Notes under the pieces: model-generated
What the model was told of the DNA's origin: nothing
Seen by the model: only the letters and a program-made list of their open reading frames with translations
Databases searched by the model: none
Shown here: piece after piece, positions 61,646 to 61,707 of the stretch
How positions within the stretch are numbered: position 1 is the stretch's first letter
Layout of the letters: each line of letters opens with the position of its first letter
From: Candidatus Heimdallarchaeota archaeon
Lineage (GTDB): Archaea > Asgardarchaeota > Heimdallarchaeia > Heimdallarchaeales > Heimdallarchaeaceae
NCBI GenBank assembly: GCA_016840095.1
Contig: JAEOSZ010000058.1
Location: 1-61,707, forward strand
Reading direction: 5' to 3'
DNA: 61,707 bases
Program-made: the position numbers and the translations under genes

Positions 61646-61657
61646 GAGGTGGTCAAA

Positions 61658-61707
61658 GTGAATGACACAGAAAAAAAAGGTCCCGGAAGACCCAAGAAAT
61701 ATGCAAC
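61658..61707 (+). CDS. 5' end of a protein with an AT-hook-like GRPKKY motif (truncated by the window edge)
   Basis: GAGGTGG SD, then a GTG start: MNDTEKKGPGRPKKYAT... Confidence 0.55.
   Translation, partial: MNDTEKKGPGRPKKYA

Overview
AT-rich, gene-dense archaeal chromosomal segment of about 50 CDS. No rRNA, tRNA, CRISPR array or transposase was seen. The gene content points to an Asgard archaeon, probably Heimdallarchaeia (inference): archaetidylserine synthase/decarboxylase, type II MetAP, a DUF61-like protein, monoderm-type DnaK, C-terminally anchored surface proteins and a longin-domain protein. Housekeeping and metabolic genes include dnaK-dnaJ, map, gap, rocD, a sugar-type ABC importer, a heterodimeric ABC exporter and a CaCA antiporter. 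Best candidates for novelty: (1) a tightly coupled three-gene operon at 15079-22087, encoding a STAND-like P-loop ATPase with SNAP/TPR-like repeats, a 485-aa hendecad (11-residue) coiled-coil protein and a 1260-aa TrmB-HTH/hendecad-rod/PLD-like protein; (2) a stand-alone NPRL2(GATOR1)-like longin domain with an Arg at the putative arginine-finger position; (3) a site-1-protease (MBTPS1)-like subtilase; (4) a split B12 methionine synthase apparently fed by a non-pyrrolysine MttB methyltransferase; (5) an RtcB-like gene split by a single in-frame TGA; (6) unannotated small ORFs and paired operator palindromes. All homology calls come from motif recognition by eye, not from database searches.
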